The notes: generated from the letters alone by a model not told the origin. Shown: positions 9,023 to 17,591, counted from the first letter of the stretch. The stretch is DNA of 64,000 nucleotides from an uncultured bacterium (GCA_963801165.1 CAWDDT010000001.1:1917-65916); one strand, 5' to 3'. A program made the numbers and translations.

Positions 9023-9723
9023 CGGATTTCTCTCACCTTGTCTGCCGTGACTGTTTTGTCCGCGACCCGGCCGTCGGACATCTGCACGACCCGGGAGGCT
9101 CCGGCAGCGACATCTCTGGAGTGGGTCACCATCAGGATCGTCTGCCCATCGCGGTGCAGTCGTCGGAACAGCTCGAGGATCTCGGTGCCGCCCTCGCTGT
9201 CGAGCGCACCGGTGGGCTCGTCGGCGAGGAGCACGGTCGGCTCGTTGACCAACGCACGGGCAATGGCCAGACGTTGGCGTTGACCGCCGGACAACGATGC
9301 AGGCAGCTGTTCGGTTCGATCGCCGAGGCCGAGGAGATCCAGCAGATCACGGGCTCGGGATTCTGCCGAACGGCGGTTCATCCCACCGAGCATTGCCGCG
9401 AGTGCGATGTTATCCAGGGCCGACATACCTTCAAGCAGGTTGAAGAATTGAAAGACGATCCCGACGTGGCGCCGGCGGAATTCCGCCAACCAGCGCTCGT
9501 CACGCCCGGTGACCGTGAGGTCGTCCACGATGACCTCGCCCTCGTCGGCTGTTTCGAGACCGGCGAAGATGTTGAGCAATGTGGACTTGCCGCACCCCGA
9601 CGGTCCCATGAGGGCCACAAACTCGCCGTGGCCCACTTCGAGATCGACGCCGCGCAGGGCTCGAACGGGCGCCAGCTCCGCCGCAAACGTGCGGCGTACC
9701 CCCGTAGCACTCAACGCACTCAC
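9019..9723 (-). CDS. ABC transporter ATP-binding protein (MacB/LolD type)
   Basis: Walker A GPSGCGKST, signature LSGGQRQRLAIARAL and Walker B LLADEPTGALD. I place the start at GTG 9723, preceded by GAGGAGGAA, rather than at the track TTG at 9831. Confidence 0.9.
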   Translation of the reverse strand: MSALSATGVRRTFAAELAPVRALRGVDLEVGHGEFVALMGPSGCGKSTLLNIFAGLETADEGEVIVDDLTVTGRDERWLAEFRRRHVGIVFQFFNLLEGMSALDNIALAAMLGGMNRRSAESRARDLLDLLGLGDRTEQLPASLSGGQRQRLAIARALVNEPTVLLADEPTGALDSEGGTEILELFRRLHRDGQTILMVTHSRDVAAGASRVVQMSDGRVADKTVTADKVREIR

Positions 9724-9858
9724 GAATTCCTCCTCGAGCAGAACCGACCGACAGCCGGATCGCAGCCCTGGATCATCGTGCGCACAGTCCGCGATCGCAA
9801 GCGTCGGGGCGATGGGCCGGCCGGGCGACAAAGATGGGATGTCCTGGTCATGGCGGGG

Positions 9859-10851
9859 TCAACGCTCCTCACGGCGGTGATCCGCTGCGATCGCAGCCAG
9901 GGTGACCGGGTCGGCGGTGACGGCCCGTTGCACCGCGACCCGGGCTGCGGTCCGGGCTCGCACGGTGGCGGATCGAACGCCGCCCTCGAGGATCGAGCGC
10001 TCGCCGACGATGGCGCCGGGACCAACCTCGGCCACCGTCTCCCCGTCGACATCGACGTCGAAGACTCCGTCGATGACCAGGTACAGCTCGTCACCAGGCT
10101 CGTTCTGGACCGTGATTGTCTCGCCGGCTGCCACCTTGCGGAACTTCGGTTTCGATCGCATCAGGTCCTTGGAGAACTCCCGCTCCACCGGGCTGGCGAC
10201 CTCGGCCACGAGCGGAACGTGCTCCACGCCGTGCCACGGCGATCGCGCGTGATCGTGGATCCGGGTCCAGGTCTTCCAGTCGGTAGTCGCCGTCTTCAAC
10301 GCGAGATCCCCGTTGCCGTCGTAGACCCACTGCCGCGGGAACGGGGAGGACCCCGAGAGCTCGAACACGGGTGTCCCAGTCGCCGCGATGTCGAGGGTGA
10401 GGGTCGACCACGCAGTCGGTCCGCTGATCCGCAGGAAGGGTGGTCGGTCGATCCGGCGCGGTAATGGTGCTCCCGTTCGGCCCCCGGCGGTCTGGGTGAA
10501 CCGGGCTCGCCCGTTTGCGACGACGGGAGGCTGCTGCAGGACGGGGTAGGCGACGCCCGGGAAGGTGATCTTGAGCGGACCGAGATGGGCAGTCGTCGAT
10601 CCTACGATTCCTGTCCCTGAATAGCCGGCGTCGACGATATCGCCGTCTTCGACGTCGATCCATGCCGAGAGACGGTTAGCGAAGCGGATGGCATCGTTCT
10701 CCACGAGTTGCGCAAGAACGTCGCGGTCGATGTGATCAGGCGGTGGTGGGTCGTAGTGGCCGACTCCCATGTCGATCGGGAGCCGTACCATCCCCTCGAT
10801 CGCTTCCGATGGGATCCAACCGAGCGATGTGACCGTCGATTCGTATCGCAT
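9859..10851 (-). CDS. Cyclic-nucleotide-binding domain protein with an unassigned ~230-aa N-terminal domain
   Basis: 330 aa. The C-terminal ~100 aa show the cNMP-binding fold signature (GDELYLVIDG...GPGAIVGERSILEGGVRSATVRA, with GE...RSAT). I could not assign the N-terminal part (MRYESTVTSLGWIPSEAIEG...) to any family. Confidence 0.75.
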   Translation of the reverse strand: MRYESTVTSLGWIPSEAIEGMVRLPIDMGVGHYDPPPPDHIDRDVLAQLVENDAIRFANRLSAWIDVEDGDIVDAGYSGTGIVGSTTAHLGPLKITFPGVAYPVLQQPPVVANGRARFTQTAGGRTGAPLPRRIDRPPFLRISGPTAWSTLTLDIAATGTPVFELSGSSPFPRQWVYDGNGDLALKTATTDWKTWTRIHDHARSPWHGVEHVPLVAEVASPVEREFSKDLMRSKPKFRKVAAGETITVQNEPGDELYLVIDGVFDVDVDGETVAEVGPGAIVGERSILEGGVRSATVRARTAARVAVQRAVTADPVTLAAIAADHRREER

Positions 10852-11000
10852 TGTTCCTCCTCCGGCATCCGTTACGGAACCACTGTTCCGGACGGACGGT
10901 CTGTGGTCCAGGGTGCGAGCAGGCCAATCGGGGTATGGGAAACCCCACCCCGGATCAACCGGTTCACCCGCTGGCGGCCGGCTGATCGTTTGCGCACCAT

Positions 11001-12311
11001 GTGGGCATGACCATCTCGGTGTTCCTGGCCGACGACAACCTCCTCGTGCGGGAGGGCGTAGGCGCGCTCATCGCGCTCGCACCCGACATCGAGGTGGTCG
11101 GCCTGGCCGGCGACTTCGACAGCCTCGTCGACGGGGCAACCGCCGTTGCTCCACAGGTCGTTGTCACCGACATCCGGATGCCACCCGACTTCATGCGTGA
11201 AGGCATCGAAGCCGCCAAGATCGTGCGCAAGACGCATCCGGGGACAGGGATCGTGATCCTGTCCCAGTACGACGATCCCGAATACGCGGTGGCGCTCCTG
11301 TCTGAAGGCGCTGCCGGATATGCGTATCTCCTCAAGGACCGGATCGCCAAAGGCGACCAGCTGGTCAGGGCGATCCGCGAGGTCGCCACGGGCGGCTCGA
11401 TGCTCGATCCGAAGATCGTGGAGGCACTCACCCGTCCGGTGAGCCGGGATGGCCTCCTCGATGCCGACGAAGAGCGTCTGCTGACTCATATAGCCGAAGG
11501 GACACCGATCAAGGGGATTGCGGCCGGGATGAGGACGACTGCGGCCGATGTGGATGCGCGTATCGAGGCGCTCTTTGTGAAGCTTGCCGGGGGTGTTTCG
11601 TCGGGGAGCCATGCTGCGGTCGAGCAACTCCGCAGGCTGCAGCGGGCGATCGCCGTCCGCGAGGAACAGGGTGAGGAACTGTCCCGGCTCCTACCAGGAG
11701 GCATCGCAGCCAGGCTTAAACAAGGTGGTCACCGGATAGGAGATACCGAAGAGCTCGAGGTCACGGTGCTCATGTCGGACATTCGCGGGTATTCGGGCAT
11801 CGCAGAGCGAGCCGCTCCCACCGCGCTCGCCGGGCAGCTCAATCGCCATCGTGCTGAGATGAACCGGGCGATCCTGGCGCATGGCGGTACGGTGATGCAG
11901 TTCGTCGGTGACGCGGTTATGGCGGTCTTCGGAGCGCCCGACCCTGCCGCGGATCACGCCGAGAGCGCCGTCGCGGCAGCCATCGACATGCACATAGCGC
12001 AGGCCCGGGTCAATGCCGAATGGCAGGTGGAGGGCCTCGACGAATTCGAGCTCGGCATCGGGGTGTCGAGCGGCCCGGTCGCAGCTGCGCTCCTAGGCTC
12101 TGAGGAGCGCGTCGAGTACACCCTGGTCGGAGACACCGTGAACCTGGCGCAGCGGCTCCAGCAATGGGGCGACCCGGGTGAGACAATCCTCAGTGAAGCG
12201 ACTCACGCCGGTCTCAGGACTCCACCCGAGTGCGATGCGATCGAGCCGGCTTTGGTGAAGGGTCGCCAGTCGCCGATTGGCGCCTATCGGTTTCCGCCAC
12301 GGGTTCGGTGA
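11001..12311 (+). CDS. Response regulator (REC) - degenerate LuxR-type HTH - class III adenylate/guanylate cyclase fusion
   Basis: 436 aa. REC: FLADDN...VVVTDIRMPP...AYLLKDR. HTH-like: ERLLTHIAEGTPIKGIAAGMRTTAADVDARIEALFVKL. Cyclase: VLMSDIRGYS, FVGDAVMAVFGAP, LVGDTVNLAQRLQ. Confidence 0.85.
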   Translation: MGMTISVFLADDNLLVREGVGALIALAPDIEVVGLAGDFDSLVDGATAVAPQVVVTDIRMPPDFMREGIEAAKIVRKTHPGTGIVILSQYDDPEYAVALLSEGAAGYAYLLKDRIAKGDQLVRAIREVATGGSMLDPKIVEALTRPVSRDGLLDADEERLLTHIAEGTPIKGIAAGMRTTAADVDARIEALFVKLAGGVSSGSHAAVEQLRRLQRAIAVREEQGEELSRLLPGGIAARLKQGGHRIGDTEELEVTVLMSDIRGYSGIAERAAPTALAGQLNRHRAEMNRAILAHGGTVMQFVGDAVMAVFGAPDPAADHAESAVAAAIDMHIAQARVNAEWQVEGLDEFELGIGVSSGPVAAALLGSEERVEYTLVGDTVNLAQRLQQWGDPGETILSEATHAGLRTPPECDAIEPALVKGRQSPIGAYRFPPRVR

Positions 12312-12345
12312 GTGATGTCTCGCCGACTTGCCGCTGACGCAGCCG

Positions 12346-12729
12346 TCAGTCCCCCCAGGATCCGGACAACGCGGCGAGGCTCCCGGGCCCGAACTCGGAC
12401 TTCGATATGAAGGCGACCGCCCCGGCCGCTAGCGCCGGCCCGCCATACTCCTTTGCGTGGTGCGTCGACAAGACGATTACCCGGATGCCGCTGCCGTTTG
12501 CCGTGAGCCGCCGGGTAGCCTCGAGACCATCGATACCCGGCATCTGGACGTCCATCAGCACGAGGTCCGGCGCCAACTCGTCTGCGAGGGCGAGACCCGA
12601 TTCGCCGTCGTGCGCCTCGCCGACGATCTCGAAACCGTCCATGAGGTCCACAACCATGCGCAGGGCGGCGCGAAACGGCTCCTGGTCGTCAACGATGAGA
12701 ACCCGGATCGGCTGCTTCGGAGTGGTCAC
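12346..12729 (-). CDS. Stand-alone receiver-domain response regulator (CheY-like)
   Basis: 127 aa: IRVLIVDDQEPFR...DLVLMDVQMPGIDG...AFISKS. No output domain. Confidence 0.85.
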   Translation of the reverse strand: MTTPKQPIRVLIVDDQEPFRAALRMVVDLMDGFEIVGEAHDGESGLALADELAPDLVLMDVQMPGIDGLEATRRLTANGSGIRVIVLSTHHAKEYGGPALAAGAVAFISKSEFGPGSLAALSGSWGD

Positions 12730-12802
12730 GAGGATATCGTCACCCGTGGGCGATTCGTGTGAAAGGAAGCGGCCATGCGTCTCTCGGTGGGGTTTTCCAT
12801 AC

Positions 12803-13465
12803 CTACCCCTGCTCGGCGAGGTGCATCATCACGGCGAGGACCCGGCGATTGGTGCTGCTCTCGGGGATGAGGTCGAGCTTTGTGAAGATCGAGTTGATGT
12901 GCTTCTCGACGGCGCCCTGCGACAGATAGAGCGTATCGGCTATCGCGGAATTGCTCTTGCCGGTTGCCAGTTCGGCCATCACCTCGGATTCCCGCGGGCT
13001 GAGACGGTGGAGCTTGGACTCCTTGCGCTTGAGACGAGCGTCGACGAGTGCATCGACGACCTTGGGGTCGATCATCGAGCCGCCGTTGCAGACGGAATGG
13101 ATGGCGTTTTCCAACTGGCCGATGTCGGCGACGCGTTCCTTGAGGAGGTAGGCGAGACCGGCGGATCCGCCATCGAGGAGGCCGAGGGCGTACTGCGGCT
13201 CCACGTACTGGGAAAGGACTACCACGCCCACTTCAGGATGTGCTGCCCTGATGTGTCTGGCTGCCCGGATGCCCTCGTCCGTCCTGGTGGGCGGCATGCG
13301 GATATCGGTGATCACGACGTCGGGGGGAGATGCGGCGACAACCTCGACGAGCTCGTCGTAATTTTCGGCGACGCCCAGGATCTCGTAACCGGCAGCCTCG
13401 AGGAGCATTCGCACCCCCTCGCGGACGATGAAGCTGTCTTCCGCGAGCACGATTGTCGTCGTCAC
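12803..13465 (-). CDS. NarL/LuxR-family response regulator (REC + HTH)
   Basis: REC: IVLAEDSFIVREG...VVITDIRMPP...AYLLKERV. LuxR HTH: LSPRESEVMAELATGKSNSAIADTLYLSQGAVEKHINSIFTKL. The start is set at GTG 13465, at the REC domain boundary; the track ORF extends to 13582. Confidence 0.85.
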   Translation of the reverse strand: MTTTIVLAEDSFIVREGVRMLLEAAGYEILGVAENYDELVEVVAASPPDVVITDIRMPPTRTDEGIRAARHIRAAHPEVGVVVLSQYVEPQYALGLLDGGSAGLAYLLKERVADIGQLENAIHSVCNGGSMIDPKVVDALVDARLKRKESKLHRLSPRESEVMAELATGKSNSAIADTLYLSQGAVEKHINSIFTKLDLIPESSTNRRVLAVMMHLAEQG

Positions 13466-13605
13466 GGGCCATACGATAGACCGACGACATCCGGGAAGGG
13501 TTGCGGTCAAAGGGCCGGGTCGGGCACGTCGCCGGCTCGGCGTCGGATCGAGCAGCCCGCCCATGGGCACGCTCGCCGTCACTGGTCGGACGAGGGCCTA
13601 CCGGC

Positions 13606-14433
13606 ATGCGCGTGACGATGCTCGGCACCCGCGGGTCGATACCCACACCGGGGGCGCGGTTCGTCAGGTACGGCGGCAACACGTCATGCGTCGCTGTTTC
13701 TCGGGACGGGGAGATGCCCGCGATCCTGCTTGATGCCGGATCTGGCCTGGCGACCGCCGGCCCACTGTTTGGGGAGGAGCCTTTCCGGGGGTCGATTCTT
13801 CTCGGCCACCTGCATTGGGATCACGTCTACGGGCTTCCGTTCTTTGCGGCCGGGGACCACACGGGCGCCCGTGTGCGGGTGCACCTCCCGGCTCAGGGTG
13901 ACCCGTACGAGGCGCTCGCACGTTTTCTCTCCCCGCCGGCGTTCCCGATTGACGTGGGAGGGTTGCGCGGCGACTGGCAGGTGATCGGCCTCGAGCCGGG
14001 GGCCTTCGAAGCGGATGGTTTCGAGCTGCTCGCCGCCGACATACCTCACAAGGGCGGCAGGACCTTTGGGTACCGCATCGAGGATGGGACTACGTCAATC
14101 GCGTACTTGTCGGATCACAGCCCGACGGACCTCGGCATGGGGCCGGACGGCATCGGCGAGTACCACGAAGCTGCTCTGGCGCTCGCCGCCGGTGTCGACC
14201 TCCTGATCCACGATTCTCAGTACACACCCGGGGAACTCGTCGAGAAGATCGATTGGGGTCACTGTTCCTACCGCTACCCGATCGAGCTAGCGCGCCGGGC
14301 GGGTGCGCGGCACACGATGTTGTTCCACCACGATCCCGGCCACGACGACGAGACACTCGACGCTATAGCCGGCCTCATCCACGGAGAGCGCGGTGTCTCG
14401 CTCGCCGTCGAGGGGACCGTGGTCGATCTCTAG
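13606..14433 (+). CDS. MBL-fold metallo-hydrolase
   Basis: MRVTMLGTRGSIPTPG...GGNTSCV...LLGHLHWDHVYGLPFF (HxHxDH motif)...LIHDSQY...LFHHDP. Internal ATG at 13606 chosen as the start. Confidence 0.8.
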   Translation: MRVTMLGTRGSIPTPGARFVRYGGNTSCVAVSRDGEMPAILLDAGSGLATAGPLFGEEPFRGSILLGHLHWDHVYGLPFFAAGDHTGARVRVHLPAQGDPYEALARFLSPPAFPIDVGGLRGDWQVIGLEPGAFEADGFELLAADIPHKGGRTFGYRIEDGTTSIAYLSDHSPTDLGMGPDGIGEYHEAALALAAGVDLLIHDSQYTPGELVEKIDWGHCSYRYPIELARRAGARHTMLFHHDPGHDDETLDAIAGLIHGERGVSLAVEGTVVDL

Positions 14434-14509
14434 CGCAATCGAATCGCGGAATCGGATGCGGGCGTCGGCCGATTCGACCCGGTAGTCTCGTCGAACTCAG
14501 TGAGGAGAT

Positions 14510-14887
14510 TTGGGAATGGACGGACCAGAGAAGGTCAGCGAGCGGCTGGTGTCATTGCTGAATGCGGGAGATATCGACGCCGTCGTAGCGCTCTACGAGG
14601 ACGATGCGGTGTTTGCGGACCTCGACGGGGCGGTCCGGGGGCCCGACGCCGTTCGCTTCGCACACAAGGAATTCGCGGAGTCGGGCTACGTTCTGGCATT
14701 GGATCGCCCTGTCGCATTCGAAGCCGGCGACATCGCCCTTGTTCACTGGTCCTGGACGGTCACACGTCCGGATGGCTCTTTGATCGAGGGTGTCAGCGCC
14801 GAGGTGTTGCGGCGACAGCCCGACGGGCAATGGAAGTATGTTATCGACAATTCGGACGGGTCTGCGGTGCTGGGACGCGGCAAGTAG
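14510..14887 (+). CDS. SnoaL-like / NTF2-fold (DUF4440-type) small protein
   Basis: 125 aa: LLNAGDIDAVVALYEDDAVFADLDG...WSWTV...RRQPDGQWKYVIDN, the pattern typical of NTF2-like proteins. Confidence 0.65.
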   Translation: MGMDGPEKVSERLVSLLNAGDIDAVVALYEDDAVFADLDGAVRGPDAVRFAHKEFAESGYVLALDRPVAFEAGDIALVHWSWTVTRPDGSLIEGVSAEVLRRQPDGQWKYVIDNSDGSAVLGRGK

Positions 14888-14905
14888 TCCCGACGGCAGG
14901 ACGAG

Positions 14906-16303
14906 TCATCCGAGATCTCGAACCGCAGCTCGCGCTGCGTGGTAGCCGCACATACCATGCACCCCCGCACCGGGTGGAGTCACGGACGAACATAGATAGA
15001 CCCGCTCCCCAAGCCGATAGTGGCGCGAGGCCCCGAGCCCCAAGAACCGTCCTGTCGTGAGCGCTCCACCCGCGATATTGCCGCCGACGTAGTTGGGGTT
15101 GTATGCCTCAAAGGCCGAAGTGCCCATTGTGTGCCGTGCGAGGATGTGGCCCCGGAAGCGCGGTGCAAAGCGTTCGATCTGTGTTTCGATTGCATCGGTC
15201 ATGTCGACGGTTGAGCCCGACGGCACGTGGCAATACCCCCAGAGTGTGTGACTACCCGCAGGGGCCCGATCCGGATCGAACAGCGACTGTTGGGCAACGA
15301 CCACGAAGGGGCGTCGCGGATGCTCGCCGCGTTGGACCTGACGCTCCGATGCAGCGATCTCTGCGAAAGTACCACCGACGTGGACCGTTCCCGCGGTAGC
15401 GCTGTGGTCGTCCCGCCACGGTACCGGGGCATCGAGGGCCCAATCGACCTTGAACACACCCGGCCCGGACCGCCACGACCGTAGGCGGCGACGCGTAGCG
15501 GTGCTGAAGCCGGCACCGGCGATCTCCAACGCGGCCGGCGGCATTACATCGAGCATGATGAGGGCACCACGGGGTAGTTCGTCGATGGATCTCACCATCC
15601 TTCCCGTTTCGATCTCTCCACCGGAAGCGACGATGGCTCGGGCCATGAGCTCAGAGATGCGCTGGGAACCGCCCCGTACGAGGGGCCACCCCGCACTGTG
15701 CACAGTTGTCGCAAAGGTCCCGGCCACTGCCCCGGTGAACGGCGCGGACATCGAAGCAATCGAGTGAGCGGCGAGCCCGGCAACGATTCCCCTGGCCTCC
15801 GGCGTGCGGAAGATCTTTGCGAGCACAATGGCCGGCACGGCGCCGAGGACGGCGAGCCTACCCAGGGCGAGCATATCCCCGGGGACCGGTCGAATGGGCC
15901 CAAGCACACGTTCAACCAGGGCATCCGACCGTTCCACCATGGGACCGATGAGCCGCCTGTAGGTCGGCCCATCCGCGCCGAGACCCTGTGCGGTCGCGTC
16001 CAGGTCGTGGTACAGCACTCCGACCCTTCCACCGTCGAGGGGATGGGTCACCGGCACGGTTGGGTGTATCCAATCGATTGGGTCGAGGGATTGGAAGAAT
16101 GGTGACGCCGCGCCAAAGGGATGGATGGCAGAGCACACGTCATGGACGAATCCCGGAAGGGTGAGCTCGGCGCTCCGGGTGCCTCCGCCGATTGAATCGG
16201 AGCTTTCGACCACGAGCACACGAAAGCCCGCCCGGGTGAGCTCGACCGCTGCGGCCAACCCATTCGGTCCCGAACCGACAACCACCGCATCGAAGTCTCC
16301 CAT
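14906..16303 (-). CDS. Phytoene-desaturase-family (CrtI-like) NAD(P)/FAD-dependent oxidoreductase
   Basis: The start is set at the internal ATG giving MGDFDAVVVGSGPNGLAAAVELTRAGFRVLVVES (Rossmann GxGxxG). The C-terminal VYLCSSVTPPGAGVHGMCG is typical of the family. Confidence 0.8.
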   Translation of the reverse strand: MGDFDAVVVGSGPNGLAAAVELTRAGFRVLVVESSDSIGGGTRSAELTLPGFVHDVCSAIHPFGAASPFFQSLDPIDWIHPTVPVTHPLDGGRVGVLYHDLDATAQGLGADGPTYRRLIGPMVERSDALVERVLGPIRPVPGDMLALGRLAVLGAVPAIVLAKIFRTPEARGIVAGLAAHSIASMSAPFTGAVAGTFATTVHSAGWPLVRGGSQRISELMARAIVASGGEIETGRMVRSIDELPRGALIMLDVMPPAALEIAGAGFSTATRRRLRSWRSGPGVFKVDWALDAPVPWRDDHSATAGTVHVGGTFAEIAASERQVQRGEHPRRPFVVVAQQSLFDPDRAPAGSHTLWGYCHVPSGSTVDMTDAIETQIERFAPRFRGHILARHTMGTSAFEAYNPNYVGGNIAGGALTTGRFLGLGASRHYRLGERVYLCSSVTPPGAGVHGMCGYHAARAAVRDLG

Positions 16304-16454
16304 GCCACCGATTCTGGCACCGCCCGTCCGCTCTCGAGACGTGTAGCTGGCAGCGTCGACTCGCACCCTGTCCGGCTGGACTCGCCGGGTGGTCGCCTTC
16401 GCATAATCTCAGAGTTGACTGAGTCGTGTTTCGTCGGAATCGCCCGTTGGCGTG

Positions 16455-17591
16455 TTACATCGCAAACGTGTGCGATGCCGCCATCGAGACACCGAGATCA
16501 CGCCAAGCCTCGGTGTTTTCGCCGTAGGTCAGGCACGCCCGTCGCAGCACCGCAACTGCGTCGACCTCATCGGGATCGAGCCGTCGCGGTGCGATACGGA
16601 CGAGTTGGCGAGCCGCCGCCTCCACATCGTGTGGCAACGAGCTCCACGGCGCCGCCGCCTGCTCGGGAACCGTCGCGTCAGGCGTGACCGCGGCGGCCAC
16701 TACGAGGAGCGGCGCCACAACGGCCGGAACACCGCCGGCTTTGAAGGTCCGCAGTATCCGGTCAACGTATGCGGTGAGAAGCGTGCTCGACCAGCGGTCG
16801 AGCGGCCGGCCCACGCCGCGACCATGCAACGAGCGCCATTGCCGGGGGAGCCGTTCGCCGACGACGGTCCTCGCGTGCGACCAGCCGCGGGAGGTGGCGG
16901 CTCGTTCCCGGACGCTAATCCGCTTGCCCTTCATCCTCCTCCGGTAGCGGGCAGCGAACCGCCCCGAGAACCACGGGTTGAGCTGGAGCGATGCCGTTAA
17001 CTCGCGCGGGAGTCGCTGTTTGGTGTGGAGGATGGTGTGCAGCGCCTCCTCCGCCAGCGGCACGGAAACCGTAACGCCGCCGAGACCCGGCAGCATCTCT
17101 CGCCAACCGGGAGAGGTGGCGACCACCGGGGCATTGGCGGTGATCCATCTCAGGACGGGCGCCCGACCCAGCGCCATCGTCGCTGCGGTGTGGAGCGCCG
17201 CCCTGTCTTGCGGATCATCGACCGGGTGGGCGCGGCGCACGAGGCGGTCGACAAAGGGGGGATCCGTGTCGGCCGCAAGAGCCGCACAGCGGGCGGCGGC
17301 TAGGGAGTCCAACGGAACGACATCCGCACGAGTGGCGGATATCGGCCCGCTGATGGAGATCCCGGCCTGCCAGAGCACGCGGATGAAGCCGGTCGACATA
17401 TCCGGTGCGGTGGCGATGAGTGTGCCTACCGCGGCCGACGGAATCTCCCATAACGTTGCTGAGTAGTCCGGCACCGAGCATCCTCTTTCTGGACCCGCGT
17501 CGACATTACTCGGTGCCTTTTTGACCGGCATACCAACGCGAACGCACATTCGGTAGCGACCAGGACAGGCGCTGGTACTTTCACCGGCCAT
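16455..17591 (-). CDS. Hypothetical protein, no recognisable domain (start uncertain; GTG at 17474 preceded by AGAGGA is an alternative)
   Basis: 378-codon open frame in GC-rich DNA with mostly G/C third positions; the opposite-strand ORFs are Arg/Pro-rich shadows. No motif recognised. Confidence 0.5.
   Translation of the reverse strand: MAGESTSACPGRYRMCVRVGMPVKKAPSNVDAGPERGCSVPDYSATLWEIPSAAVGTLIATAPDMSTGFIRVLWQAGISISGPISATRADVVPLDSLAAARCAALAADTDPPFVDRLVRRAHPVDDPQDRAALHTAATMALGRAPVLRWITANAPVVATSPGWREMLPGLGGVTVSVPLAEEALHTILHTKQRLPRELTASLQLNPWFSGRFAARYRRRMKGKRISVRERAATSRGWSHARTVVGERLPRQWRSLHGRGVGRPLDRWSSTLLTAYVDRILRTFKAGGVPAVVAPLLVVAAAVTPDATVPEQAAAPWSSLPHDVEAAARQLVRIAPRRLDPDEVDAVAVLRRACLTYGENTEAWRDLGVSMAASHTFAM

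Noticed and set aside
7382-9283. 633-aa plus-strand ORF opposite the FtsX permease and ABC ATPase
   Set aside because: Low-complexity Arg/Gly/Asp-rich translation. The opposite strand carries clear Walker/FtsX motifs and operon-style overlaps.
9004-10464. 486-aa plus-strand ORF; also the similar long antisense ORFs at 12407-13615, 23551-24795, 24904-26160, 27631-28653, 32855-34060, 35858-36760, 43016-44272, 52814-53716 and 58373-59161
   Set aside because: All lie opposite genes with unambiguous family motifs. All translate to Arg/Pro/Gly/His-rich sequences without domains. Long stop-free antisense frames are expected at this GC content.
10875-10890. Search for a CRP/GlxR-type site (TGTGA-N6-TCACA) in the cNMP-protein / cyclase divergent region; only CGGAAC-N4-GTTCCG was found
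   Set aside because: It does not match the CRP consensus, and the neighbouring cNMP protein has no recognisable HTH. A 6-bp inverted repeat is weak evidence on its own.
13606-14433. MBL-fold protein as a beta-lactamase resistance gene
   Set aside because: It has no signal peptide. Its layout (GTRGS...GGNTSC...HxHxDH...HHD) is that of cytoplasmic Lactamase_B_2-type hydrolases, not class B beta-lactamases.
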